From positions 1,824,001 through 1,888,000 of the forward strand of contig OY970364.1 in assembly GCA_963718565.1 (NCBI GenBank): 64,000 bases of DNA, given 5' to 3'. The notes beneath the pieces are model-generated. The model did no database searches and was not told where the DNA came from. It saw only the letters and a program-made list of their open reading frames with translations. Positions 50,905 to 59,638 of this stretch are shown one piece after another (position 1 is the stretch's first letter; the number at the start of each line of letters is the position of its first letter). A program made the position numbers and the translations under genes. Origin of the DNA: an uncultured Verrucomicrobiae bacterium (GTDB lineage: Bacteria > Chlamydiota > Chlamydiia > Chlamydiales > Rhabdochlamydiaceae).

Positions 50905-52054
50905 AACGCATCTTGAGTTCTATCGAAAATATCAGATAGCCCCCGTTTGCTATGATCTTAAAGATATGCAAGCGCATTTAGAGAGACGCTCATCATTGTA
51001 TTTAAAACTTGGGGTGCCGCCTATTGCTTTTCGATCGGCAAAAGTCTTAGAAGTCGCAGCGGGATTAGGACAAAATAGCTTGTACATTGCTCATATGCTG
51101 CCAGCTAAATTGGTATTGCTGGAACCAAATCCAAGCGCTATCGAACAGATCTATAATGTTTATAAAATGTTTGGGGAAGCTCATACATCGCCTGAAGTGC
51201 TCACTTCTAAACTTGAAGATTATGCGCCGAAGGAAAATTTCGATATTGTCCTTTGTGAAAATTGGCTTGGGAACTCGGATCATGAACTTTCACTGCTTCA
51301 AAAGCTTGGCAATATGGTCACTGCTCAAGGAGTGCTAGTGATCACAACGATCTCTCCCATTGGGCTTATTCCTAACCTATTGCGCCGTTTTTTGTCAGTT
51401 TACTTAGCACCTCTGCATGATGAATTTGAAAAACGTACCGAGGTGTTAGTGCGAGAATTTGGCCCTCATCTTGATACACTCAATGCAAGGACGAGAAATC
51501 AGATCGATTGGGTACAAGACAACATGATCAATCCTGCGTATTTTGGTATTTGTCTGACTATTCCAAAGGTCATGGAACAGTTGGGCGATCGATTTGAGGC
51601 ATTTGGGTCCTGTCCTAGTTTTGGAGAAGATTGGCGCTGGTTTAAAGCTCTTTATGGACCTCATCGTCAGTTCAACCAACACTTTCTTTCACAATATTGG
51701 AGCAAGGCGCATAACTTTTTAGATTATCGTGAACCTACAGGTGTCGGAGATCCTGCTCTCAATTTTGAATTAGAGCAAAAAGCTGTCCAATTGCTTCAAA
51801 CAATTGCAATGCACGAAGAAGCCCATGTGAATCATCGCAATGTTCCTCATTGTGTCGATCGGGTATTCGTTAGCCTTCAGGAATTTTTGGATGTTGTCCC
51901 TTCTCATTTTCAGGCTGCTATGCGCGGTTTGATCGAGGTCAAAGAAAATATGGAATCTGTTATAAGAAACCGCCAATTGGCGAAAATGGCTCATTTCCCA
52001 GCCTTATTTGGCCGGGAAACAGTTTACCTTTCGCTTTTTCTTGGGAAGAATTAA
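50882..52054 (+). CDS. Class I SAM-dependent methyltransferase
   Basis: VLEVAAGLGQ, FDIVLCE, DWVQDN. Confidence 0.72.
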   Translation: MNTVAQAKTHLEFYRKYQIAPVCYDLKDMQAHLERRSSLYLKLGVPPIAFRSAKVLEVAAGLGQNSLYIAHMLPAKLVLLEPNPSAIEQIYNVYKMFGEAHTSPEVLTSKLEDYAPKENFDIVLCENWLGNSDHELSLLQKLGNMVTAQGVLVITTISPIGLIPNLLRRFLSVYLAPLHDEFEKRTEVLVREFGPHLDTLNARTRNQIDWVQDNMINPAYFGICLTIPKVMEQLGDRFEAFGSCPSFGEDWRWFKALYGPHRQFNQHFLSQYWSKAHNFLDYREPTGVGDPALNFELEQKAVQLLQTIAMHEEAHVNHRNVPHCVDRVFVSLQEFLDVVPSHFQAAMRGLIEVKENMESVIRNRQLAKMAHFPALFGRETVYLSLFLGKN

Positions 52055-53872
52055 ATGATTGTAAAATTTGCGAAAAAATGCGCAGCCTTTGCGTTGATAT
52101 TCAGTATTAAGTTCCATCGAACCACAAAGCTTCCCCTATTAATCCTCTTACAGTTTTCTGGGAAAAGCGCTTTTAGGCTGATTCAATTTGCAACTAAAAT
52201 ACACCGCCTTGAGGCAAATTCTTTAAAACTAAAAAAATACTCTCGTCATTCTCTATTGAGGCTAAAGCTTTTTTTCATGCAAGCCATCTTTTTTAAAGAC
52301 AAGTCTGCATCTTTAGAGGATTACGCGAACATTTTATCTGAAGTTCAGCCCTCTTTTGAGATCCAATATGAAGTGATGCAGTACTTTATACATCAAGGCC
52401 GCTTAGATTTGGCTAAAGTGACTGCAATGAATGTCATCAAGATGAAGCCGCATCCTTTTCTTCTGAAAAGGCTTTTGGAAATTTATCGGCAAATAGGGGC
52501 TATCTGCTTTCTTCTTGGACAGAATCAGGAAGCGAATCATTATTTGGGTATAGCCGGAGAGCTCCGCAAAGTGTACTCCAAGCCAAGGACTCCGACGACG
52601 TATCGCATCCTAGCATCCGATTGGTTCGTTGCCGTTGGCCATGTAGCGACATTAGATTATTATCTCAAGCATAAACGTCTTTATAGTCAGAAAGACCATC
52701 GCATTGTGGCAGTGATACCAGAGAATTCTGCATGTTCCTTCGATCTTTTGCGTAAGTTTTCAGGATTGGGAATCACATTCCTCAATGAGGAGGATCTTCA
52801 TCTCGATTATAATCAGTGGGCGAAAGCAAATCGTGCTCCGCAATGGGAGGAATTGTCTACTTCTGAAAAAGAAACAATGACGGATCGTTTTTGGGAATAC
52901 GAGTTTCCCGATGGCTCAGTTTTGTGTTATGCTCACGCGATTGCACGCATCCAGAAAGAATGGGAACAAAGTAAGAAGCCTTCATTGTTTCAATTGGCGC
53001 AATCTGAGAAAAAGTGGCTCAGAACTTTTCTGAAAAAACTTGGAATGCCGTCAGATGCCTGGTTTGTCTGTCTTCATGTTCGTGAAACAGGATTCCATAA
53101 ACAATGGAATTCCATATATCCTTCTATGCGCGATGCAAATATAAAGGACTATTACCCTGCGATGCAGGAAATTGTGAATGCAGGAGGATGGGTGTTGCGC
53201 ATGGGGGATCCGAGCATGCAAAAAGTTCCAACAATGCGCAATGTGATCGATTACGCTCACAGCCCTCATCGAACTCCTCTTGCAGATCTATTGATTGCTG
53301 CAAGTTGCCGATTTTTCTTGGGAACCAATTCAGGGTTTGCCACGATTCCAGCTATCTATGGCGTTCCTTGTGCATTGAGCAATTGGGTGCCCATTGGCTG
53401 GCCAATATGGCCAAGTCAAGATGTGATGATCTGCAAACTATTTCGCGAGAAAGCCACCCAGCGGCTTTTATCCTTGGAAGAAATCTTTGAGAAAAATCTA
53501 GCATTTTTGCAAAATTGGAGCGACCTTCCAGATGACATTGAATTGGTTGACAATTCATCAGACGATATCTGTCTATTAACAGTTGAGATGCTCTCATGTT
53601 TTGGTTCCCATAAACGCTCTTTGCAAGATATCGGCGCTTCTGAGGAATTTCATGGCCATTATGAAAAACTGGCTAACAGTTATGACACATACGTCGGTAG
53701 CCGATTTGCAGGATCGTTTGTCAAGAAATATCCTGAGGTTTTTCATTTCTATGGACGACACACTCCGGTGCAATCTTACCCTTTCAGGGACGGGTTGGCC
53801 GACGAAGAATCTCCTCCTTTCCAAGGAGAAATTTTTCCATTGGAAAATATACCGAAAGTGATTCGAATTTAA
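52055..53872 (+). CDS. TIGR04372-like putative glycosyltransferase with helical (TPR-like) N-terminus
   Basis: VGHV, WFVCLHVRE, RDANI, GGWVLRMG, FLGTNSG, DNSSDDI. Confidence 0.8.
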   Translation: MIVKFAKKCAAFALIFSIKFHRTTKLPLLILLQFSGKSAFRLIQFATKIHRLEANSLKLKKYSRHSLLRLKLFFMQAIFFKDKSASLEDYANILSEVQPSFEIQYEVMQYFIHQGRLDLAKVTAMNVIKMKPHPFLLKRLLEIYRQIGAICFLLGQNQEANHYLGIAGELRKVYSKPRTPTTYRILASDWFVAVGHVATLDYYLKHKRLYSQKDHRIVAVIPENSACSFDLLRKFSGLGITFLNEEDLHLDYNQWAKANRAPQWEELSTSEKETMTDRFWEYEFPDGSVLCYAHAIARIQKEWEQSKKPSLFQLAQSEKKWLRTFLKKLGMPSDAWFVCLHVRETGFHKQWNSIYPSMRDANIKDYYPAMQEIVNAGGWVLRMGDPSMQKVPTMRNVIDYAHSPHRTPLADLLIAASCRFFLGTNSGFATIPAIYGVPCALSNWVPIGWPIWPSQDVMICKLFREKATQRLLSLEEIFEKNLAFLQNWSDLPDDIELVDNSSDDICLLTVEMLSCFGSHKRSLQDIGASEEFHGHYEKLANSYDTYVGSRFAGSFVKKYPEVFHFYGRHTPVQSYPFRDGLADEESPPFQGEIFPLENIPKVIRI

Positions 53873-53886
53873 ATTTAGGCATTCGA

Positions 53887-55368
53887 GTGGATAGAGAAGC
53901 GTCATCGCTGGCAAAGGAAATTAGAAGCAAATTAAAAAAAAAGCAAAAAATTGCCTTTATTTCGGGCAATTTCAATGTTGTGCACCCAGGGCATATTAGG
54001 TTGTTGAATTTTGCCGCTGAATGCGCAGACTATTTAGTCATCGGAATTCATCCCGATGGACATCCAGATGCGTTTGTTCCTCAAGAGCTTAGGTTAGAGG
54101 GGATCCAAGCCATCACTCTTGTAGATTTTGCTTTTGTTTTAACCACGCCTCTTGTCGAACTGATCACAGTGTTAAAACCTGAGATGATTATTAAAGGCAA
54201 GGAGCATGAATCAGGATTGAATGTAGAAAAAGCAGTTGTGGATAGCTATGGGGGTAAACTGATCTTTGCCTCAGGCGAGGCCTGGTTTTCTCATTTCAAC
54301 CATTTAAAAACTGAACTGCAAAAAATTGCTCTGCCCTCTATCCATAAACCCACTGCCTATTTGCAGAGGCATTCCACGGATATCAAAAAGCTATCCGCTA
54401 TTGTGGATAGTTTTCCCGATTTGCACGTCGTCGTTTTGGGAGATTTAATCATCGATGAGTATGTGTTTTGCGATCCTCTCGGTATGTCGCAAGAAGATCC
54501 CACGATTGTAGTGACTCCGATTAAAAGAGAACAGTTTATAGGAGGTGCCGCCATTGTTTCGGCTCATGCGAAAAGTTTAAGCGCAACAGTCAATTATTTT
54601 GGGGTTGTCGGTAATGATGAGATGGCCCATTTCGCACGCAATAAGTTAAAAGAATACGCTGTCAATGCGTGTTTAATTGTGGACGACAGCAGACCGACAA
54701 CATTGAAACAGCGTTTTCGAATCCAGGGAAAAACCCTTCTTCGCGTTTCTGAACTACGTCAGCATGATATTAGCCATGAATTGCAAGAAAAGATGCTTTT
54801 CGAAATCGTGAAGGCCCTTGAAAAAGCAGATCTTATAGTTTTTTCAGATTTTAGCTATGGCTGTTTGCCTCAGTCTCTAGTCAATCAGGTCATTGCATTC
54901 TGCACTCAGCGCAAAATTCCCATGGTGGCGGATAGTCAATCTTCGTCTCAGATTGGAGACATTGCACGTTTTAAAAACATGCTGTTAATTACTCCCACGG
55001 AACGTGAAGCAAGATTAGCAATTCGAGATACTCATTCGGGATTGATCTCTGTTGCTGATGTCCTGAGAAACAATACCAAAGCACAGCATGTCCTCATTAC
55101 TCTGGGTTCTGAAGGGCTGCTCATCTACTCCCCTCACGATGGCGTCGATGGAGTGCACACAGATGAGTTGCCCATTTTTAACCCTTATCCAAAAGACGTA
55201 GCTGGGGCAGGCGATTGCCTTTTTATCTGTTCAGCAATGGCTTTGGCAACGGGCGCCAGCATTTGGGAGAGTGCGTATCTTGGTTCGATTGCGGCCGCAT
55301 GCCAAGTAAGCCGCGTGGGGAATTTGCCTTTAGAGCAAGCAGAATTGAAAAAGGGGCTTTTAACCTGA
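53887..55368 (+). CDS. Bifunctional nucleotidyltransferase plus PfkB kinase (HldE-like, reversed domain order)
   Basis: N-terminal GNFNVVHPGH (HxGH); C-terminal GDLIIDEY, GGAA, DVAGAGD. Confidence 0.85.
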   Translation: MDREASSLAKEIRSKLKKKQKIAFISGNFNVVHPGHIRLLNFAAECADYLVIGIHPDGHPDAFVPQELRLEGIQAITLVDFAFVLTTPLVELITVLKPEMIIKGKEHESGLNVEKAVVDSYGGKLIFASGEAWFSHFNHLKTELQKIALPSIHKPTAYLQRHSTDIKKLSAIVDSFPDLHVVVLGDLIIDEYVFCDPLGMSQEDPTIVVTPIKREQFIGGAAIVSAHAKSLSATVNYFGVVGNDEMAHFARNKLKEYAVNACLIVDDSRPTTLKQRFRIQGKTLLRVSELRQHDISHELQEKMLFEIVKALEKADLIVFSDFSYGCLPQSLVNQVIAFCTQRKIPMVADSQSSSQIGDIARFKNMLLITPTEREARLAIRDTHSGLISVADVLRNNTKAQHVLITLGSEGLLIYSPHDGVDGVHTDELPIFNPYPKDVAGAGDCLFICSAMALATGASIWESAYLGSIAAACQVSRVGNLPLEQAELKKGLLT

Positions 55369-55377
55369 GTTTTTAGC

Positions 55378-56115
55378 ATGAAAGCTTTGTTACTGGCTGC
55401 CGGATTGGGGACCCGCTTAAGACCGATGACAGCCAATTTGCCAAAATGCCTTGTTCCCATCCATGGCAAGCCGCTATTGGCTCATTGGCTGGAAATATTG
55501 ATCCAAAATGGAATCGAACATGTGTTCATCAATACTCATTACTTGCCGGAAATGGTCCGTTGTTTCGTACATTCTCATCCCTTTCGAGAAAAAGTCACAC
55601 TCACTCATGAAGAAGTCCTTCTTGGCACCGCTGGAACCATTTTAAAAAATCGGCATTGGTTAGAACAAGAACCCTTTCTTATGGCGCATGCAGATAATTT
55701 AACACGATTTGATGTGCAGGCATTTATACAAACTCATGAACAACGAGCGCGTGGTGTTGAGATGACAATGATGACATTTGAAACGGATGCGCCGAAAAAT
55801 TGCGGAATTGTTGAAGTGGATGAGAAAAAGATTGTCATCAAGTTTCATGAAAAAGTTCCCAACCCTCCGAATAACCACGCGAATGCAGCTGTCTACATTC
55901 TTGAGCCAACAATCATTAAATTTTTACAATCATTAAATCGAGAGGTGATTGATTTTAGTAACGAAGTCATTCCCGACTATATTTCCCGGATTCAAATCTT
56001 TCTCAACAGGGATTATCATCGCGACATTGGCACGCCAGAAAGCTTGCGTTTAGCGGAGGAGGAGTTTGTGAGCAAAGAAAAACTTCATCGAAATATGCTG
56101 TTTGATCTATCCTAA
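55378..56115 (+). CDS. Sugar-phosphate nucleotidyltransferase (HddC/GmhD-like)
   Basis: LLAAGLGTRLRP...PKCL, GTAG, HADN, FHEK, DIGTPE. Confidence 0.87.
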   Translation: MKALLLAAGLGTRLRPMTANLPKCLVPIHGKPLLAHWLEILIQNGIEHVFINTHYLPEMVRCFVHSHPFREKVTLTHEEVLLGTAGTILKNRHWLEQEPFLMAHADNLTRFDVQAFIQTHEQRARGVEMTMMTFETDAPKNCGIVEVDEKKIVIKFHEKVPNPPNNHANAAVYILEPTIIKFLQSLNREVIDFSNEVIPDYISRIQIFLNRDYHRDIGTPESLRLAEEEFVSKEKLHRNMLFDLS

Positions 56116-56139
56116 GTTATTTTATTTTGTCAGTGCAAT

Positions 56140-57165
56140 ATGTTCCAACTTCTGATGGTTTTTTTAATCCCCTGTTGTTTATTTGCAGGGAAATTTGACG
56201 AGCATTTGGAGAAAGCCGGAGGCGATTTGCACTATGTGCGTACTCCAGAAGATCGCAAGCTGCTGGGTTTTTTTTCAGCATTGTTCGACATGGCAGAAAA
56301 ACGTGAAAAACCTGTAGGAGCCATTCCTAAAACTCTCCATTTTATTTGGCTAGGGCCTAAACCTTTTCCGAGCGATTCGGTGAAAAAGGTCAAAGGATGG
56401 ATAAATAGGCATCCCGGGTGGAAGTTCAAATTCTGGACAGATCTTGGCCAAGCAGCCCCCGATGATCGGATGGAGATTTATCCCTTTGAAATGTTTCCTC
56501 TTCAAGAGCTGAAAAATAGTTACTATCGTAGCGATAATTTTGGGGAGCGATCGGAAATTTTACGCTATGCGGTTTTGCTCAATGAAGGCGGGATCTACAT
56601 CGATCATGATGTGTACTGTCTAAAATCGATCGAGTCATTGCAGGAAAATCATGACTTCTTCTGTGGCTTAGATCCTTTAGGGCCGACAGTGTTGAGTTCT
56701 TCCGTTAATCCTTCTCCTCATCTGCTGGCAGCAGCTGCACAGCATCCCATCCTAAAGGCATCGAAGAAATGGTTGCTCAATGAATGGGACTTGCTAGAAA
56801 TGCAATATACGGGGTCAGATTCGTCCGCAGTCTATAATCGCGTCCAACATCGTGGTTTCAGGGCGCTTGGGGTTGGAATCAAAGAAGCTCACAACCGTTC
56901 TGGCCGGAAAGATGCCGTTTTCCCTCCGGATTTTTTTAGCCTTGCTGAAAGTAAGCATGCGATCTTTGCTGTCCATCAGCATAAAGGGACATGGTACAAG
57001 CAGGAAATCATTGTGAATTCCAAAATCGTCAGGCTGTTCAAAGAGATTAGAGAGGAATTTTCGCGGACATATGCCCTTGCCCTGTCTTTGACATTTGTGA
57101 ATGTCGGTCTATGTGCATTCTTAGTTTTCCCCTTCTTAATAAAGAAAAAAAAGAGAACAAAATGA
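56140..57165 (+). CDS. DXD glycosyltransferase (GT32/Gly_transf_sug-like), signal peptide plus C-terminal TM
   Basis: IPKTLHFIWLG, RSEILRY, GGIYIDHD. Confidence 0.78.
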   Translation: MFQLLMVFLIPCCLFAGKFDEHLEKAGGDLHYVRTPEDRKLLGFFSALFDMAEKREKPVGAIPKTLHFIWLGPKPFPSDSVKKVKGWINRHPGWKFKFWTDLGQAAPDDRMEIYPFEMFPLQELKNSYYRSDNFGERSEILRYAVLLNEGGIYIDHDVYCLKSIESLQENHDFFCGLDPLGPTVLSSSVNPSPHLLAAAAQHPILKASKKWLLNEWDLLEMQYTGSDSSAVYNRVQHRGFRALGVGIKEAHNRSGRKDAVFPPDFFSLAESKHAIFAVHQHKGTWYKQEIIVNSKIVRLFKEIREEFSRTYALALSLTFVNVGLCAFLVFPFLIKKKKRTK

Positions 57166-58415
57166 AGAGGGAATTGCAAAACTCCTCGCCGCATAAAATC
57201 GCGCTTTTGGTACCTGTCGCCTTGGCGGCGGCTCTCCTGCTTATCCAAGTATGCTTTCGCCGCCGCCAACCGAACCCGCTGTGCGGGTTCTGGCAACAGG
57301 TGCCAAAATCATCGATTTTCTCCTGGCGAGGAGTTTTGCAATTCCCTCTGAAAGCTTTTCGCAGACAGACTCTGGCAACTCTTTTCATCTTGTTGTCCAC
57401 TGTGAAATTGATGGCAAATGAAAGCGCATTCGACGTCAATGATTTTGTCGGCATGATGGGCAGATCGACTGCGCATTGGAAGAATATCACAGAAGCTCGG
57501 GATGTGAATACTTTGGAGCGGGCGGAAGTTCTCTATCGAAAAAATAAGATGGCCCAGTTCACGCAAAAAGGTCGACTTAAGATTCCTGCGGTTGTTCATT
57601 TTATTTGGCTTGGGCCCCGTCCTTTTCCTCCAGAGTCTGTCGAGAATGTCCGCACATGGATTGCGAATAATCCTAGTTGGACAATTAAATTTTGGACGGA
57701 CCGCGATCGCGATTTGCCTTGCGAAGGGATGGAAAAGGTATTGGTCAAAGATTTTACCTTCTTAAAATTAGGCAACTGCTTTGAGCAGTCGCAAAATTGG
57801 GGAGAGAAATCAGACTTGTTGCGTTATGAAATTCTATTTCAGGAAGGAGGGATTTATGTCGATCATGATGCCAACTGCCTGCGCTCATTTGATGGCTTGA
57901 ACCGCGGCTATGATTTCTTCTGCGGCCTTGAAGCCCCTCATGAGCCCTTCGTAGGCAGAAGCATCACTTGTGGAAATGGAGTCATTGGTTCGCGCTCGCA
58001 TCACCCGACAGTGGACAAAGCGATTCATCTGATCGCAGAGCGTTGGGAGTCTTTAGGAGAAAAATATCGTGGCAAAGATGAGTATTCTAAAATCGAAGTG
58101 GTGATGCAGCGCACTTACATCGCTTTGACAGATGCGATTGCCGAGACGATCGATTGTCAAGGAAATGTGGATATCGTGTTCCCGGCGGCTTATTTTTTTG
58201 CCAAAGGGGAAATTCCTGCATTGTATTCCCAGCATTTTTATGCCAGCGCCTGGAACGATTATAAAATGAGAAAAACAAACGTGGATCGTTCTAAAGAACG
58301 AGAACTCGGTAAGATCAGAAGAAAAAATCGAAACCTCACCTTTTTGCTCATAGGCCTTGTCACCTTTAACGGGCTGATCTTAGGCATTAGTTTAATAAAG
58401 AGGAGGAGGCCATGA
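57162..58415 (+). CDS. DXD glycosyltransferase (GT32-like) with an in-frame palindromic insertion at its N-terminus
   Basis: ATG 57162 overlaps the upstream TGA; IPAVVHFIWLG, KSDLLRY, GGIYVDHD; C-terminal TM. Confidence 0.78.
   Translation: MKRELQNSSPHKIALLVPVALAAALLLIQVCFRRRQPNPLCGFWQQVPKSSIFSWRGVLQFPLKAFRRQTLATLFILLSTVKLMANESAFDVNDFVGMMGRSTAHWKNITEARDVNTLERAEVLYRKNKMAQFTQKGRLKIPAVVHFIWLGPRPFPPESVENVRTWIANNPSWTIKFWTDRDRDLPCEGMEKVLVKDFTFLKLGNCFEQSQNWGEKSDLLRYEILFQEGGIYVDHDANCLRSFDGLNRGYDFFCGLEAPHEPFVGRSITCGNGVIGSRSHHPTVDKAIHLIAERWESLGEKYRGKDEYSKIEVVMQRTYIALTDAIAETIDCQGNVDIVFPAAYFFAKGEIPALYSQHFYASAWNDYKMRKTNVDRSKERELGKIRRKNRNLTFLLIGLVTFNGLILGISLIKRRRP
57167..57348. mobile_element. Family B palindromic MITE (182 bp), perfect 24-bp TIRs, TGAA duplication
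   Basis: TGAA|GAGGGAATTGCAAAACTCCTCGCC...GGCGAGGAGTTTTGCAATTCCCTC|TGAA, with nested internal stems. Confidence 0.88.
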
Positions 58416-59509
58416 AAAAATATATACCGAAGGTGATTCAAAAAGTTGGAATGTGGATTCTTATCCTTCTTTTTTCTTTGAGTTGTGGAGCTTGCCAAAA
58501 GAAAAACGAGATACAGCGTCCATCTGCGGATGACTTTGAAAGCTTGACCGGTAAAAATCTTCCGACTTGGAAGTATATTCAGACAAAAGAAGATTTTGAG
58601 CATTTGCATCTCTTTACTCGCATGTACGAATTAAAAAAAGGGTTGATCGATGCTGCGGAAGATGTGTCGCGTGTTCCTAAGATTGTTCATTTCGTTTGGA
58701 TCGGGCCGCGGCCTTTTCCCAGAGAATCTGTTGAGAATGTGCGTACGTGGATGGCTAAACATCCTGAGTGGACGTTTAATTTTTGGACCGATCGAGAGCG
58801 CCCTCTTCCTTCTCCTGGTATGAAACTGCGCTTGATCAAGGACTTGCCTTTTTTAAAATTGCGCGACTGTTTTGCGAAATCCGACAATTGTGGAGAAAAG
58901 TCCGATTTACTGAGATGCGAGATTCTCTATCAAGAGGGGGGCATCTATGTCGATCATGATGTCAAATGCTTTAAAGCATTCGACCCCTTGAACAAAGCTT
59001 ATGATTTTTATTGCGGGATCGACATGCCGTATACGAGCAGTCTTCCTTCGTGTATTTTCACGACAAATAACTTGATCGGCGTCAGACCGGAACATCCCAT
59101 TCTCTTGCGTTGCATGGAGATGCTTGCCGAGAAGTGGGAGCAAATTGAGCAGGATTATCCAGGCTCCGACCGCGATGCGATGCTCAATAGAGTGCTGCAT
59201 CGCACATTTTGGTTATTTGGCGAGGCAGTCAAACAAGTCGCCAATCAAGACGGCAATCGTGATATTGTCTTTCCCGCATACTATTTCGATGCGCCCAAAG
59301 ACGAACTGGCAATTTTTGCCCGTCATCAATACGCTGGGGCGTGGCATGAGAGTGAATCAGCATTTGAAAAAATGGTCAGGCAAAGGCTGATGCTGCTCAG
59401 CAAAAAAAGCAATAAGATTTTGCTATTCTTTGGAATAATGTCAGTCGTTAACCTTTTGGGTTTAATTCTCCTTTTTTTCAGTTTTAAGAGGCAATTTGCA
59501 AAAAATTGA
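58412..59509 (+). CDS. DXD glycosyltransferase (GT32-like), possible lipoprotein signal plus C-terminal TM
   Basis: VPKIVHFVWIG, KSDLLR, GGIYVDHD; LSLSCGAC-like N-terminus. Confidence 0.78.
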   Translation: MKKYIPKVIQKVGMWILILLFSLSCGACQKKNEIQRPSADDFESLTGKNLPTWKYIQTKEDFEHLHLFTRMYELKKGLIDAAEDVSRVPKIVHFVWIGPRPFPRESVENVRTWMAKHPEWTFNFWTDRERPLPSPGMKLRLIKDLPFLKLRDCFAKSDNCGEKSDLLRCEILYQEGGIYVDHDVKCFKAFDPLNKAYDFYCGIDMPYTSSLPSCIFTTNNLIGVRPEHPILLRCMEMLAEKWEQIEQDYPGSDRDAMLNRVLHRTFWLFGEAVKQVANQDGNRDIVFPAYYFDAPKDELAIFARHQYAGAWHESESAFEKMVRQRLMLLSKKSNKILLFFGIMSVVNLLGLILLFFSFKRQFAKN

Positions 59510-59638
59510 TTATACCGAAATGAACACAACGCAAAGGCGCTAAGATGCCAAGAATCTATTTCAAGAGAAGAGGAAGCGTAGCTGTTGTGTAACAGCTCTT
59601 GGCTGTTCCTCTGGATAGAACAACGAACGGTATAGAAA

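Noticed and set aside
56976..57490. Minus-strand ORFs across the palindromic element
   Set aside because: A by-product of the element's symmetry and of overlapping real plus-strand genes.
59510..59638. Possible ncRNA or tRNA in the intergenic gap
   Set aside because: Only a short hairpin (AGCTGTT-GTGT-AACAGCT); no cloverleaf or recognisable family.
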